From NCBI RefSeq assembly GCF_009914755.1, contig NC_060925.1: a DNA stretch of 64,000 nucleotides; one strand, 5' to 3'. The DNA comes from the human T2T-CHM13v2.0 reference genome, Homo sapiens. A program made the translations under genes and the position numbers. Shown one piece after another: positions 1 to 11,052 of the stretch; the stretch's first letter is position 1; each line of letters begins with the position of its first letter. The notes below the pieces were generated by a model, which worked only from the letters and a program-made list of their open reading frames with translations, made no database searches and was not told where the DNA came from.

Positions 1-826
1 CCCTGCCATTCCCTTCTCCTGGCCTGATACATAACAAGCGCTCACTAGGTACCAAGCACTTTGCTAATGTAGTTCTGACAGTACCACTATGTGGTACACA
101 AATACAGTTTATTATCCACAGAGAGGTGAAAGGAGCATAGCTAGTAGGTGCTAGAGGCCTGATTTGAATCCAGGAAGGTTGGCTGTAGGGCTTGAGGCAA
201 ATCAATACTTCTTCCAGGTCACAAGCTTTGCTTAAGGATGTCACTTCTCTTCACCAGGCCAACCAGCAGGCAGGTAGGCAGTCCAGCCCTTCCTGGACTT
301 GCCCCACACCCAACCAGCCACCAAGTGCTGCTGGTTCTGCCTCTCAGCATCTCTGGGTTCTGTCTCCTCCATCCCCACCTTCACCCCTCAATCAGTTGCT
401 TGGACAATTTCAAGAGCCTCCTAACTGGTGTCTCCCTGCTTTCTAGTTCACTCCTCATCTTACCACTGGGGGAAATTTTCTGAAACGCCAACCTGCTGCC
501 TTTACCTCCTTCTCCCAAAAACATCAGGGCCCCCATCACTCCAGAAGAAAGCCAAGGTTGTCTAGTCTGGGTTACACCAGGTCTAGCCATTCTCCACCAC
601 ACAAGCCTCTATACCACCTCCCCATTCCCTGCTTCTTCCTGCCTCCCATCTTTGCACAAGCTCTTTCCAATGACTGTCATGCCTTTCCACCTGCCCCCCA
701 ATCATTATTCCACATCTATTCATCTTTATGCCTCATGCAAAACTGCCTTGATACCCAGAAGTTGCCCCTGTTTCTGAGCTTCCACACACCTGACCCATAT
801 GCACCTCTGTTAGGACTAGAGATCAC

Positions 827-1020
827 CTCATGGTCCAAAGAATAGCCTCAGTATTTTATGCACTCACTCGCTTGCTCTAGCACTCATGCCTGAACTAGCA
901 TTTGCTAGGAACCTACTGGACTAGATGCTGGGGGTAGAGAGCTAAAGCAGAGTGGGTCTTCAAGGCAACTACCATCTCTTTAGGGAGACAAAACACAGAG
1001 GTTATTCTTTGGACCATGAG
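827..1020. repeat. 23-bp inverted repeat (827-849 / 998-1020)
   Basis: ctcatggtccaaagaatagcctc vs gaggttattctttggaccatgag; 22/23 complementary. Confidence 0.92.
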
Positions 1021-1429
1021 ATAGTCTTCAGCACCCCTATGTCCTGGAGGATTTGAAGGGGCCATATGGTAAAAGATATTTGTGAAAGCAAGACAAGAGG
1101 AAGACAGAAAGAAAGGCAGGGGAAGGTTCCCTGGAGCCCACCTTCCCTATATACATCCATCGTGATTAAAGCCTCATATTCCAGAAACCCAGAGAACTCT
1201 CTAATCAGAATCCACATTTCCTTCACTCTAGCCCAGTCTCCAGTGGCGCTAGATCCCAAAGAGAGAGAAAGACAGGCAAGCTGAGGGCGGCATTCTCCTA
1301 GTTGCTGGCATGGTGTGGTCCCTCCCCTGGGGGAAGGGGGAGAGCAAGCTGCAACCCTCCATCTGCCTGGGGTTGGGGGTTCCCAGGCCACAATGGCCAG
1401 GCCATAAGCTCCAGGTTCCTGTTTTTCAG

Positions 1430-1600
1430 AAAGATCCAGTGTGCTACCTTAAGAAGGCATTTCTCCTGGTACAAGACATAATGGAGGACACCATGCGCTT
1501 CAGAGATAACACCCCCAATGCCATCGCCATTGTGCAGCTGCAGGAACTCTCTTTGAGGCTGAAGAGCTGCTTCACCAAGGATTATGAAGAGCATGACAAG
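1430..1600 (+). CDS. CSF1: CSF1 exon 4 (171 nt, aa 76-132; four-helix cytokine core)
   Basis: tttttcag|AAAGATCCA acceptor, GACAAG|gtagga donor; KDPVCYLKKAFLLVQDIMEDTMRFRDNTPNAIAIVQLQELSLRLKSCFTKDYEEHDK. Confidence 0.99.
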
Positions 1601-1904
1601 GTAGGAAGCCCTGAGGCCTGGAGCACTGAGTGAGGGCAGAGGGTGGCTGTGGAGGCGCCGCTCTATCCACAGGCACAGAGTACATTCGCTCACCTCGCCT
1701 CACGCCATTGCTTGCTCACTCTCATTTATTTGTCATCCCACCAACCTTTACCAGGCAGGAGGCAGGAGGGATCATGCTGGGCCCTGACAATGTCATCATG
1801 AGCAACAAATACATGGTCCCACCCCATGCAGCTTATAGTCAAGTGAGCTTGGCAGCTGTTAAACAAACCATGACACCAGTAAATAGAATTACAAACTATA
1901 AGGA

Positions 1905-3300
1905 CTGTTCATTCCAACAGCAAGCAGTTATTGTGTGTCTGTTGTGTACCAGACACTGTTCTAGACACCAGGAAACAGCTGTGATGAAAACAGACAAAAA
2001 TCCCCACATTCCTGGAACTTACATTTGGGGGTGATGGTAGTGGTGGTGAGACAGTTAACAAAATATGTAAGTAAAATATACAACATGTAGCATGGCAATA
2101 ACAGCACTGGAGAAGAGTAAACCAGGGATGAGACGACCCGAAGGAAGTGGAGGAGTGAGCTGGGAACAAGAACCTGAAGGGCTCAAGGAGAGCAACAGGG
2201 AACTCAGACTTCCATGGAGTTGGGGAAGCAGAGACAAGAAAGGCTTCTGAGTAAGCAAATATTGATTTGAGCTCCAAAGATGAGTAAGAATTGAAAGCAG
2301 TAAGGCTAGAAGAACATTCTGGAACAGGAAAAGCTATGCACAAAGCCCTAAGGTAAACAAACAGGAAAGTGCACATTCAGGGACCCAAAGGGTTATCAGC
2401 ATGGCCAGAGCATGGGAAGTGAAGGAGGGGGAGGAGAGAAGTCAGGAGCCAGATCACATGTGGTTTTAGAGATGTGGGATTTTGTCTTAAGGGTGAGGGA
2501 AGCTGTTGTGAACAGGCATGTGGCTTAATCTCAGGTTATAAGACTGACCTGGTTGCTATGTGGAGGATAGACCACAGGGGGCAGGAATGGAGGCTGGGAG
2601 ACCAGCAGAAGGTGTGAGTCCAGGCTAGACACATTGGCGGCTTGGACCAAGGTGGGACAGTGAAGGTGGAGGCAAGTGGACTGGACATGTTCCCGTGGGT
2701 TTAGGGGCAGAATCAACAAGACTTGGTACGTGCAGTGGATGTGAGAAGCTGAGGGAAAGAAAAAGCCAAGGATGGTTTTTGTCTTGAGCACCTGGATATT
2801 CCAATGATGCTGAAACGGGGATGATCCATGGGCAGAGCAGGTTTGAGGGAAGACAGTTCAGTCTGGGGCACAGCAGACGTGAGGTGCTCATGAAATGGTG
2901 AGTGGAGACGTTGAGGAGGCAGCTAGGTGTGCGGGTCTTGAGTGTGACCAGCAATGCACAGATCTATGAGGCATGGGGGTTCGGCTTATCTGTGAAGCCA
3001 TGGGACTGGACAGCACTGCCACTGTGAGAAGAGAAGCAGGCCCAGGAACCCAGCATTTGGAGGGCAAGCAGAGGATGGGGGACCTGGCAAGGGGCAGCCT
3101 GAAGGTGGGAGGAAAAGAGGGAGAGTGCAGAGTCGAGGCACTGCATTCCAAGATGGATAAGGGATGGAAATTCATAAAAAAGCGTTGAGAAATCAAGCAA
3201 GGTGAGGGCTAAAATTGTCCATTGGATTTGGCAACGTGTCACACATGCTGGATCAGGGTGAACAGAAAGAGAGGAAGTAGAGACACCACTGTGGAAGAAC
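1905..3300 (-). mobile_element. L2 fragments (antisense) in intron 4
   Basis: ttcattccaacag...gttattg...cactgttctag L2 3'-end complement followed by purine-rich L2 body. Confidence 0.65.
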
Positions 3301-3390
3301 TTGGATCCGAATGGGGGCAGGAAAAGAGATGTAGCTGGAGGGAGTGTGTAATTGAGGGAGGACTTTTTGTTCTGTTTTTGTTGTCGTTGT

Positions 3391-3665
3391 TTTGAGACAG
3401 GGTCTCATTCTGTCACCCAAGCTGAAGTTCAGCGGCGCAATCACGACTCACTGCAGCCCAACCTCCCAGGCTCAATTGATCCTCTGACTTCAGTCTCCTG
3501 AGTAGCTGGGACAACAGGCACACCCCACTATGCCCAGCTATTTTTTGTAGAGATAGGGTTTCGCAATGTTGCCCAGGCTGGTCTCAAACTCCCAGGCTCA
3601 AGCAATCTGTCTGCCTTGGCCTCCCAGAGTGCTGGGATTACAAATGTGAGTTACTGTGCCTGGCC
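3391..3665 (-). mobile_element. Alu (AluJ-like)
   Basis: gagacagggtctc...gctgggattaca...cctggcc. Confidence 0.9.
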
Positions 3666-3699
3666 AGGAAAACATTTTTAATAAGAGAGGTATTAAATC

Positions 3700-4150
3700 T
3701 GCGGTTTTCCAACATTAAGATTCCTAAGAATCACTTGGGGAATGTGTTGAAAATGCATATTCCTAGGACACACCCCTAGAGAGTCTGATACACTGGGTTT
3801 AAGAGTGGCTCCAGGGCCGGGCGCGGTGGTTCATGCCTCTAATCCTGGCACTTTGGGAGGCCGAGACAGTGGATCACCTGAGGTCAGGAGTTCAAGACCA
3901 GCCTGCCCAACAGGGCGAAACCCCATCTTTACTAAAAATACAAAAATTAGCAGCTGGTGGTGGCGCATGCCTGTAATCCAAGCTACTCGGGAGGCTGAGG
4001 CAGTAGAATCGCTTGACCCAGGGTGGCGGAGGTTGCAGTGAGCTGAGATCGAAACTCCATCTCAAAATAAATAAATAAATAAATAAATAAATAAAAGACT
4101 GAACCCAGGAATCTGCATCTTAAGCAGCTGTCGCACTGATGATTATGACC
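3700..4150. mobile_element. MER5-like hAT MITE interrupted by an Alu
   Basis: agaatcacttgggg...aaaatgcatattcctagg...cccaggaatctgcat. Confidence 0.55.
3815..4095 (+). mobile_element. Alu (AluS-like, right-arm deletion) with (AAAT)n tail
   Basis: ggccgggcgcggtgg start; aaataaataa tail. Confidence 0.92.
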
Positions 4151-4395
4151 CCCTTGGATATTCACTTGTAGACATGTGTGAATGCTGAGGGGCAGGCTCC
4201 AAGAGAGAGGGTGGGTGAAGCTGGAGGAGCTAGCTCCCAGCAAGTCTCTGGAGAAGACAGTGGGAGGGATTCAGAGCTCCTGAGGGAGAGTGAGAGTGAG
4301 ACTTCATCTCAAAAAAAAAAAAAATGTTTACCAGATAGACGTACGAATGAGAAGACTGGGCTCAGCTCCATCACTTACCAGCTAGGTGGCAGTGA

Positions 4396-4733
<338 letters not shown>

Positions 4734-5199
4734 TATCTGGTAAACATTTCTTAAGGGCTGACTGCATAGGCCAGGGAGATGCGGCGATGCCTTCAAGGAC
4801 TTCACAGCCTAGAAAAGCCCATGTTTCTTCCCTGTGAAGCTCAGTTTAAGGAAAAACTTGGTATCTGTGATTCAGTGGCATTTAGGCCCTGGATGAAGCT
4901 GTGAGCATGCATGGCATGGCCTTGTGTGAAAGGAGAGGTGGGCCCGGGAGTGAACCCTGAGGGATGGCAGCATTTGGATATCAGGAGGAGAAGGGGAGCT
5001 TGGTAAGGAGACAGAAAGAGCAGCTTGAAAGGTGGGAGAAGACCCAGGATGATGCAGCTTCTCAGAGCTCCAGTGGGTGTGGGAAGCCGGGGCCCCTTGA
5101 GCAGCACAGAAGACAGGGCTGGGACCTCCTCAGCCCTCCCTCTAAGACACACCAATGCCAGCAAAGGACCCATATGCCTGGCGGCTGCCCCGTTCCCTT

Positions 5200-5790
5200 C
5201 TCCACACCACAGCTCAATGATTTTTCTCAAACTCAACTCTTACCATGCCACTGCCCACCCCTAACACCCCTTCAGATGTTTTCCCTTTGCTCTGTGGACA
5301 AAACTAAAAGTTCTGGTCTTGGCCCACGAGGCCCTCAAGACCTGGCCCTTGCTAACCTCTCTCCATGTGCGTCTCTTGCCACGCTCCTCCTAGATGGTAG
5401 TGCTGCAGCCACACCAGCCTTCTTTTAGTCTTTGGGCTTTTCATGCATTTTCTTGCCTCAGGACTTTTGCACGGTCTGTTCTTGCAGCCTGGACAGCTCT
5501 CTGGGATCCCATCTCTTTCCTGGTTTCTCTTGCTCATCTTTTAGTTGATTCCTTGGGGAAATTCTCCCTGAACACTTGTTTAGTTCCCCTTGTTGCACAC
5601 CATCGGATGGCCCAGTACTTATTCATAGGACTCATTGCACTTGTAACAATGTGTTTAGTCCCTGCTGGATTGCTGGACTCAGTGTCCAACTCAGCCAGGA
5701 ACCACCTCTCTCTTGTTCGTTGCATGATTCCCAGGTAATTACCATATGCCTGGCACATAAACATATGTTGAATGGGTCTGTGAATAAATG
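5200..5790 (+). mobile_element. L2 3' fragment
   Basis: ctcaggacttttgcac...gcctggcacataaac...gttgaatg...gaataaatga. Confidence 0.65.
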
Positions 5791-5963
5791 ACATATCTCA
5801 TAACCTCAGGACTCATTCTGCTGCAAACCAGGGGAAAGGGGAGCAAGGAAACAAAAGGGAAAAAGAAGACAGATGTGAGAAAGGCCAAGGGAATTTGACA
5901 AATAAGATGGAGACATGGGGCCAATGGTCATGCTCACAAAAGGGGGCCCTGATCTCCTTCCAG

Positions 5964-6111
5964 GCCTGCGTCCGAACTTTCTATGAGACACCTCTCCAGT
6001 TGCTGGAGAAGGTCAAGAATGTCTTTAATGAAACAAAGAATCTCCTTGACAAGGACTGGAATATTTTCAGCAAGAACTGCAACAACAGCTTTGCTGAATG
6101 CTCCAGCCAAG
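5964..6111 (+). CDS. CSF1: CSF1 exon 5 (148 nt); N-glycosylation sequons NET (N154) and NNS (N172)
   Basis: ccttccag|GCCTGC acceptor, CAAG|gtaagc donor; ACVRTFYETPLQLLEKVKNVFNETKNLLDKDWNIFSKNCNNSFAECSSQ. Confidence 0.99.
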
Positions 6112-6837
6112 GTAAGCATGGCAGGGGCCAGCAAGTGTGTGGGGGTGGTAGCATATGGAATGGGGATTGGGAGGTGAGATGTGAAGCTGGGGGGACCCCT
6201 GGGGAGGCAGCCTGGCTGCTACTCGTGTTCCCGTGTGCATGAATGTGCTTGTTCTGTGTATATATGTGGCTTCACGTACCTCTGGTCCTGGGCACATGTC
6301 TTTTCTGACATGTGTGTGCATGCACACCTACATATGTCTGCATGTGGCAGCGTCAAGAAGGATCATGCTGGTGCCTTGAGATTAGGGAGTGGAAATGGGA
6401 GCCTGTCTTGGGAGCCCTGTAGGTATGGAAGCTTTCCCCACTGGCTCTGCAGGCTGGCTGAACGTGTGGGGGGTTCTGTGGAGACAGCTGACACCCATCT
6501 GGGAGTCAGGGCCCTTGCTCCAGGAGCTCTGCTGCGAATCACCATGATACCCTGGCTCCAGAAGTCCCCAGGATGCCTTGGGTGTTTCCTCAAGGGACAA
6601 GGCTGGATTTGAAGTCTGAGCATCATTGGAACTCCCAGGGCTGGCTCAGCTGCATACATGTGTACACTGCGTGTCCTCGTCTCTGCGTCTCGTGCCACAC
6701 GTGCCCTCCTACATTCAACCTTGCTTCCCAAGGCAGGGTCTAGGGCCCTGCAACCTGCCAGTGGCCAAGTCCAGTCTCGTTGCTTCAATCCCAAGTCCTC
6801 AAGCCTTGGCTGCATTCTAGCCCCAGCCTGTTCCTGC

Positions 6838-6870
6838 CTGTGGCTGTGGCTGTGGCTGTGGCTGTGTGGC
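6838..6870. repeat. (CTGTGG)n hexamer microsatellite
   Basis: ctgtggctgtggctgtggctgtggctgtg. Confidence 0.9.
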
Positions 6871-7282
6871 TCCTGGCTATGCATGAAACCAGTGTCTCTG
6901 GGGCTTGAAGTTGTCTTGTATTGGTCTGGAAGGCAACCGTTCAGCCTCCTGACCTGACTGCTGCTCACCCCTAGCTTGGCCTGTGGCCAGTGGGAACCCC
7001 TGCATGGGCTGTTCTCTTATCTTCCTTCTCCCCAACCCCCAGTGTGTGCATCTCAACCCTATTCTTTGTCACTGCTCATGAGACCCTGCATACGGCACCT
7101 TCCCTGTGTCATGAGCACCCACTCTAGTCCCATCCTCTTCTCAGCCCCAGGGCTGAGCTAGGAGATGAGGGCCCCCCAGACTCACATTCCCCTCTTGCCC
7201 CGCTCTGGGAAAGCTGTGCTGGAGGCTAGTGACTCTATCTCCTCCCCATCTTTCTCTCTCCTTCTCTCTGTGGTTCTTTCAG

Positions 7283-8307
7283 ATGTGGTGACCAAGCCTG
7301 ATTGCAACTGCCTGTACCCCAAAGCCATCCCTAGCAGTGACCCGGCCTCTGTCTCCCCTCATCAGCCCCTCGCCCCCTCCATGGCCCCTGTGGCTGGCTT
7401 GACCTGGGAGGACTCTGAGGGAACTGAGGGCAGCTCCCTCTTGCCTGGTGAGCAGCCCCTGCACACAGTGGATCCAGGCAGTGCCAAGCAGCGGCCACCC
7501 AGGAGCACCTGCCAGAGCTTTGAGCCGCCAGAGACCCCAGTTGTCAAGGACAGCACCATCGGTGGCTCACCACAGCCTCGCCCCTCTGTCGGGGCCTTCA
7601 ACCCCGGGATGGAGGATATTCTTGACTCTGCAATGGGCACTAATTGGGTCCCAGAAGAAGCCTCTGGAGAGGCCAGTGAGATTCCCGTACCCCAAGGGAC
7701 AGAGCTTTCCCCCTCCAGGCCAGGAGGGGGCAGCATGCAGACAGAGCCCGCCAGACCCAGCAACTTCCTCTCAGCATCTTCTCCACTCCCTGCATCAGCA
7801 AAGGGCCAACAGCCGGCAGATGTAACTGGTACAGCCTTGCCCAGGGTGGGCCCCGTGAGGCCCACTGGCCAGGACTGGAATCACACCCCCCAGAAGACAG
7901 ACCATCCATCTGCCCTGCTCAGAGACCCCCCGGAGCCAGGCTCTCCCAGGATCTCATCACTGCGCCCCCAGGGCCTCAGCAACCCCTCCACCCTCTCTGC
8001 TCAGCCACAGCTTTCCAGAAGCCACTCCTCGGGCAGCGTGCTGCCCCTTGGGGAGCTGGAGGGCAGGAGGAGCACCAGGGATCGGAGGAGCCCCGCAGAG
8101 CCAGAAGGAGGACCAGCAAGTGAAGGGGCAGCCAGGCCCCTGCCCCGTTTTAACTCCGTTCCTTTGACTGACACAGGCCATGAGAGGCAGTCCGAGGGAT
8201 CCTCCAGCCCGCAGCTCCAGGAGTCTGTCTTCCACCTGCTGGTGCCCAGTGTCATCCTGGTCTTGCTGGCCGTCGGAGGCCTCTTGTTCTACAGGTGGAG
8301 GCGGCGG
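7283..8307 (+). CDS. CSF1: CSF1 exon 6 (1025 nt): CNC interchain cysteines, Pro/Ser-rich spacer, GAG site S309 (7663-7665), basic cleavage motifs, TM helix and RWRRR stop-transfer
   Basis: ctttcag|ATGTGG acceptor, CGGCGG|gtgagt donor; lies within ORF 7165..8325; EEASGEAS and LLVPSVILVLLAVGGLLFY are present. Confidence 0.99.
7829..8176 (+). other. CSF1: Exitron within exon 6 (348 nt); its acceptor (exon resumes at 8177) is also used directly from exon 5
   Basis: CTG|gtacag ... ctgacacag|GCCAT; 348 nt = 116 aa (554 to 438); skipping 7283-8176 = 894 nt = 298 aa (554 to 256); both match known isoform lengths. Confidence 0.93.
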
Positions 8308-8892
8308 GTGAGTAGATCCCCATGAGGAAGAAGAGCACGTCCCTTAGGGCAGGGGCAGAGCCTGGCGGGGGTGCAGGTGGGGGGACAGCTTGGGTGCGGC
8401 CTGAGTTCTTCAGACACAGAGAGATAGGGGCTGGCTCAGCACAGAGGATGAGAGGTGGAAATGGAGGATTACTTCGAGAATTGGGAAGGTTCAAGCTATA
8501 AGGTCAATGGGAAGGGACTGGAGCAGAAGGGAGCGGGAGAGAATATTCATGGGCTGACAGCAGGATGATATCCAGACGGGCAGGGAGCTGGAGGAGGAGA
8601 GCAATGCTGTGTGAGCGTGTCAGGGCAGGCGTACACTGGAAGCTCTGCAGAGCCTGGGGCAGGAGGACCCATAGGGAACAGCCTGCAAGGGTGTGGGGAG
8701 AGGAGAGGGGACACCATCAGCAGAGAGACCTCACAAATCTCCCTTGGGCCTCTGGCTGATCCCCACTTTTGGGAAGTTGGGAGGACTCTTGCAACTCTCT
8801 CATAAATACCTGGGGCAGCCCTTACTGGGGATGGGCCACCGCCCCCCCACACTCCCCCAGCTCCTCAGTGAGATGCTCTTTCCTGTCCTCAG

Positions 8893-8945
8893 AGCCATCA
8901 AGAGCCTCAGAGAGCGGATTCTCCCTTGGAGCAACCAGAGGGCAG
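8893..8945 (+). CDS. CSF1: CSF1 exon 7 (53 nt, cytoplasmic tail)
   Basis: tcctcag|AGCCAT, GGCAG|gtgaga; SHQEPQRADSPLEQPEG. Confidence 0.98.
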
Positions 8946-9263
8946 GTGAGAGCTTGAGGTGGGGCTCTGGGAGGCACTGGGGGCCTGGCTTGGGATCTGT
9001 TTCCCCTCTTCGTGGTGGTGGGGCTCTCCTGCTTGCTCTGAGGAAATGGAGCTGCAGAACAGGATGGGGGAGAGAAGAAGGGCCTCTGTCCTTTCCCAGA
9101 TATCTGGGCTTTTTCCTGATTTCTCCGTAGAGTTAGACAGTTCTGGGTCTTTTCAATCTGAGAGGGCCTAGAGCATGTCTGGGGCTTAGGGGTAAACTTA
9201 CGGAGTCCCCTTATTCCCCTGCTCCTGCTGATGTCTAATGCCAGCCCTGTGCTCTGCCTGCAG

Positions 9264-9306
9264 CCCCCTGACTCAGGATGACAGACAGGTGGAACTGCCA
9301 GTGTAG
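9264..9306 (+). CDS. CSF1: CSF1 exon 8 coding part ending in TAG (exon continues as UTR to 9319)
   Basis: cctgcag|CCCCCTG...GTG TAG; PLTQDDRQVELPV*; donor CTAAG|gtaaga at 9319/9320. Confidence 0.98.
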
Positions 9307-9819
9307 AGGGAATTCTAAGGTAAGAATCTGACTTTGATCTCCACTCCTAAAACTTACCTATACCCTTTTCCAGTCACGTTCACCTGTTGGTGACACCAAT
9401 TCCCCTGAGGCCCCCACACTGACTCCCATGCCTCTCTCCAGTTCCCTTTCCATACATCGCCAGCCAGGTCCAGCCACCCTCTCCTTTCCAGGTCCTCAGC
9501 TATCCCCCTGCCCCTCCATTCCATCCACCCCCGCTGAGGCCAGGGACTATTACCTCTGCATTGGGCTTCTAGTGTTGCTGCCACCTGTGACCTCAGAGCA
9601 ACTAAACCCCCCTTTTTCAAATGTGGCCTTTATAAGGTCTTTACCCTCCTGGAGAATCTTCAGTAGCTCTGTGTGGCAGCCACTGCAAGCCCTATATTCT
9701 TGGCTTGGCTGCCAAGCCCCTTCGACAGCAGCTGCTTGCCAGATCGCCACCCCCGCACCAGTTAACCCTCCTCCCCAGCTGAGGTCAGTTCTGCTTCCTT
9801 GCTTTTAGGATCATGTTGA

Positions 9820-10640
9820 CATAGAACCTGAGTCTTGGAAGGGCTCTCAGGGGTCATTTGGCCCTGGTTCCCACCCCAAAGGGACTGCCCCTCTCCATGT
9901 CCCCAACAGGGAGCCAGCCAGCTGGCTGTCACACACTCCCAGATCCAGCCCAGCTCCCTGCCTAGCCACAGCCCATGCCATCTTCCAGTCAGACTGGGAG
10001 AAACGTCTTCCTCATGCGAGGCAAAACTGGCTTCCCTGCCCCCTCCATACTGCTCCTCCCTCCTGTTCTCATGAAAACCCTCAGATATTTCAAGTCAGGT
10101 ATCCATGTCCCCTTTGAGAATTCTCTAAGCTAAGTATGGCCAAGTCCCTCAAACGTTCCTTATATGATATGGTTTTCAGACCCCTCACCATCCTGGACAC
10201 ACTCGTTTGTCAATGTCCCTCTGAAAATGTGACGCCCAGCCCCGGACACAGTACTCCAGATGTTGTCTGACCAGCTCAGAGAGAGTACAGTGGGACTGTT
10301 ACCTTCCTTGATATGGACAGTATTCTTCTATTTGTGCAGATTAAGATTGCATTAGTTTTTTTCTTAACAACTGCATCATACTGTTGTCATATGTTGAGCC
10401 TGTGGTCTATTAAAACCCCTAGTTCCATTTCCCATAAACTTCTGTCAAGCCAGACCATCTCTACCCTGTACTTGGACAACTTAACTTTTTTAACCAAAGT
10501 GCAGTTTATGTTCACCTTTGTTAAAGCCACCTTGTTGGTTTCTGCCCATCACCTGAACCTACTGAAGTTGTGTGAAATCCTAATTCTGTCATCTCCGTAG
10601 CCCTCCCAGTTGTGCCTCCTGCACATTGATGAGTGCCTGC
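9820..10640 (-). mobile_element. L3/CR1 LINE fossil (ORF2 RT C-terminal region through 3' end)
   Basis: Minus-strand translation gives WAETNK, ELGVLIDHRLN, LVRQHLEYCVRGWASHFQRDIDK and RMVRGLKTISYKERLRDLAILSLE, matching CR1 ORF2 motifs; a CR1-like 3' terminus is at ~9820-9870. Confidence 0.9.
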
Positions 10641-10860
10641 TGTTGTCTTTGCCCATGTTGTTGATGTAGCTGTGACCCTATTGTTCCTCACCCCTGCCCC
10701 CCGCCAACCCCAGCTGGCCCACCTCTTCCCCCTCCCACCCAAGCCCACAGCCAGCCCATCAGGAAGCCTTCCTGGCTTCTCCACAACCTTCTGACTGCTC
10801 TTTTCAGTCATGCCCCTCCTGCTCTTTTGTATTTGGCTAATAGTATATCAATTTGCACTT
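10180..10860 (+). other. CSF1: CSF1 proximal alternative terminal exon (short 3' UTR); 3' end approximate
   Basis: ggttttcag|ACCCCTCACC acceptor; matches recalled short-form CSF1 cDNA 3' UTR; candidate signals ATTAAA 10409-10414 and AATAAA 11035-11040. Confidence 0.8.
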
Positions 10861-10924
10861 ATTTGGATGTTGTTTTCATATTTTTTAAAATCTTATTTTA
10901 TATGTATTGTACATTCCACATCCC

Positions 10925-11052
10925 TAAGATTGTAAGCCCCTTGAGGGCAGGGACTGTCTTCCACTTTTTTTTGTGTTTCTTTTTCCATCCTGGGTTCTAC
11001 TAAGAGAGGGCCTCTCCACATTTGCCAAACATGCAATAAATGTTGACTGACT
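10925..11052 (+). mobile_element. L2 3'-end fragment
   Basis: gattgtaagccccttgagggcagggactgtc ... aataaatgttgactgactg is a typical L2 terminus. Confidence 0.75.

Noticed and set aside
6363-6968. 201-aa minus-strand ORF with SHSHSH repeat
   Set aside because: Intronic antisense ORF; the repeat comes from the (CTGTGG)n microsatellite and there is no recognisable domain
7165-8325. 386-aa ORF as a standalone gene
   Set aside because: It is CSF1 exon 6 plus in-frame intronic flanks; splice sites at 7283 and 8307 explain it
9304-9319. Stop codon upstream of a spliced 3'-UTR intron (possible NMD target)
   Set aside because: The stop is only 13 nt from the last junction, well inside the ~50-nt NMD-escape distance
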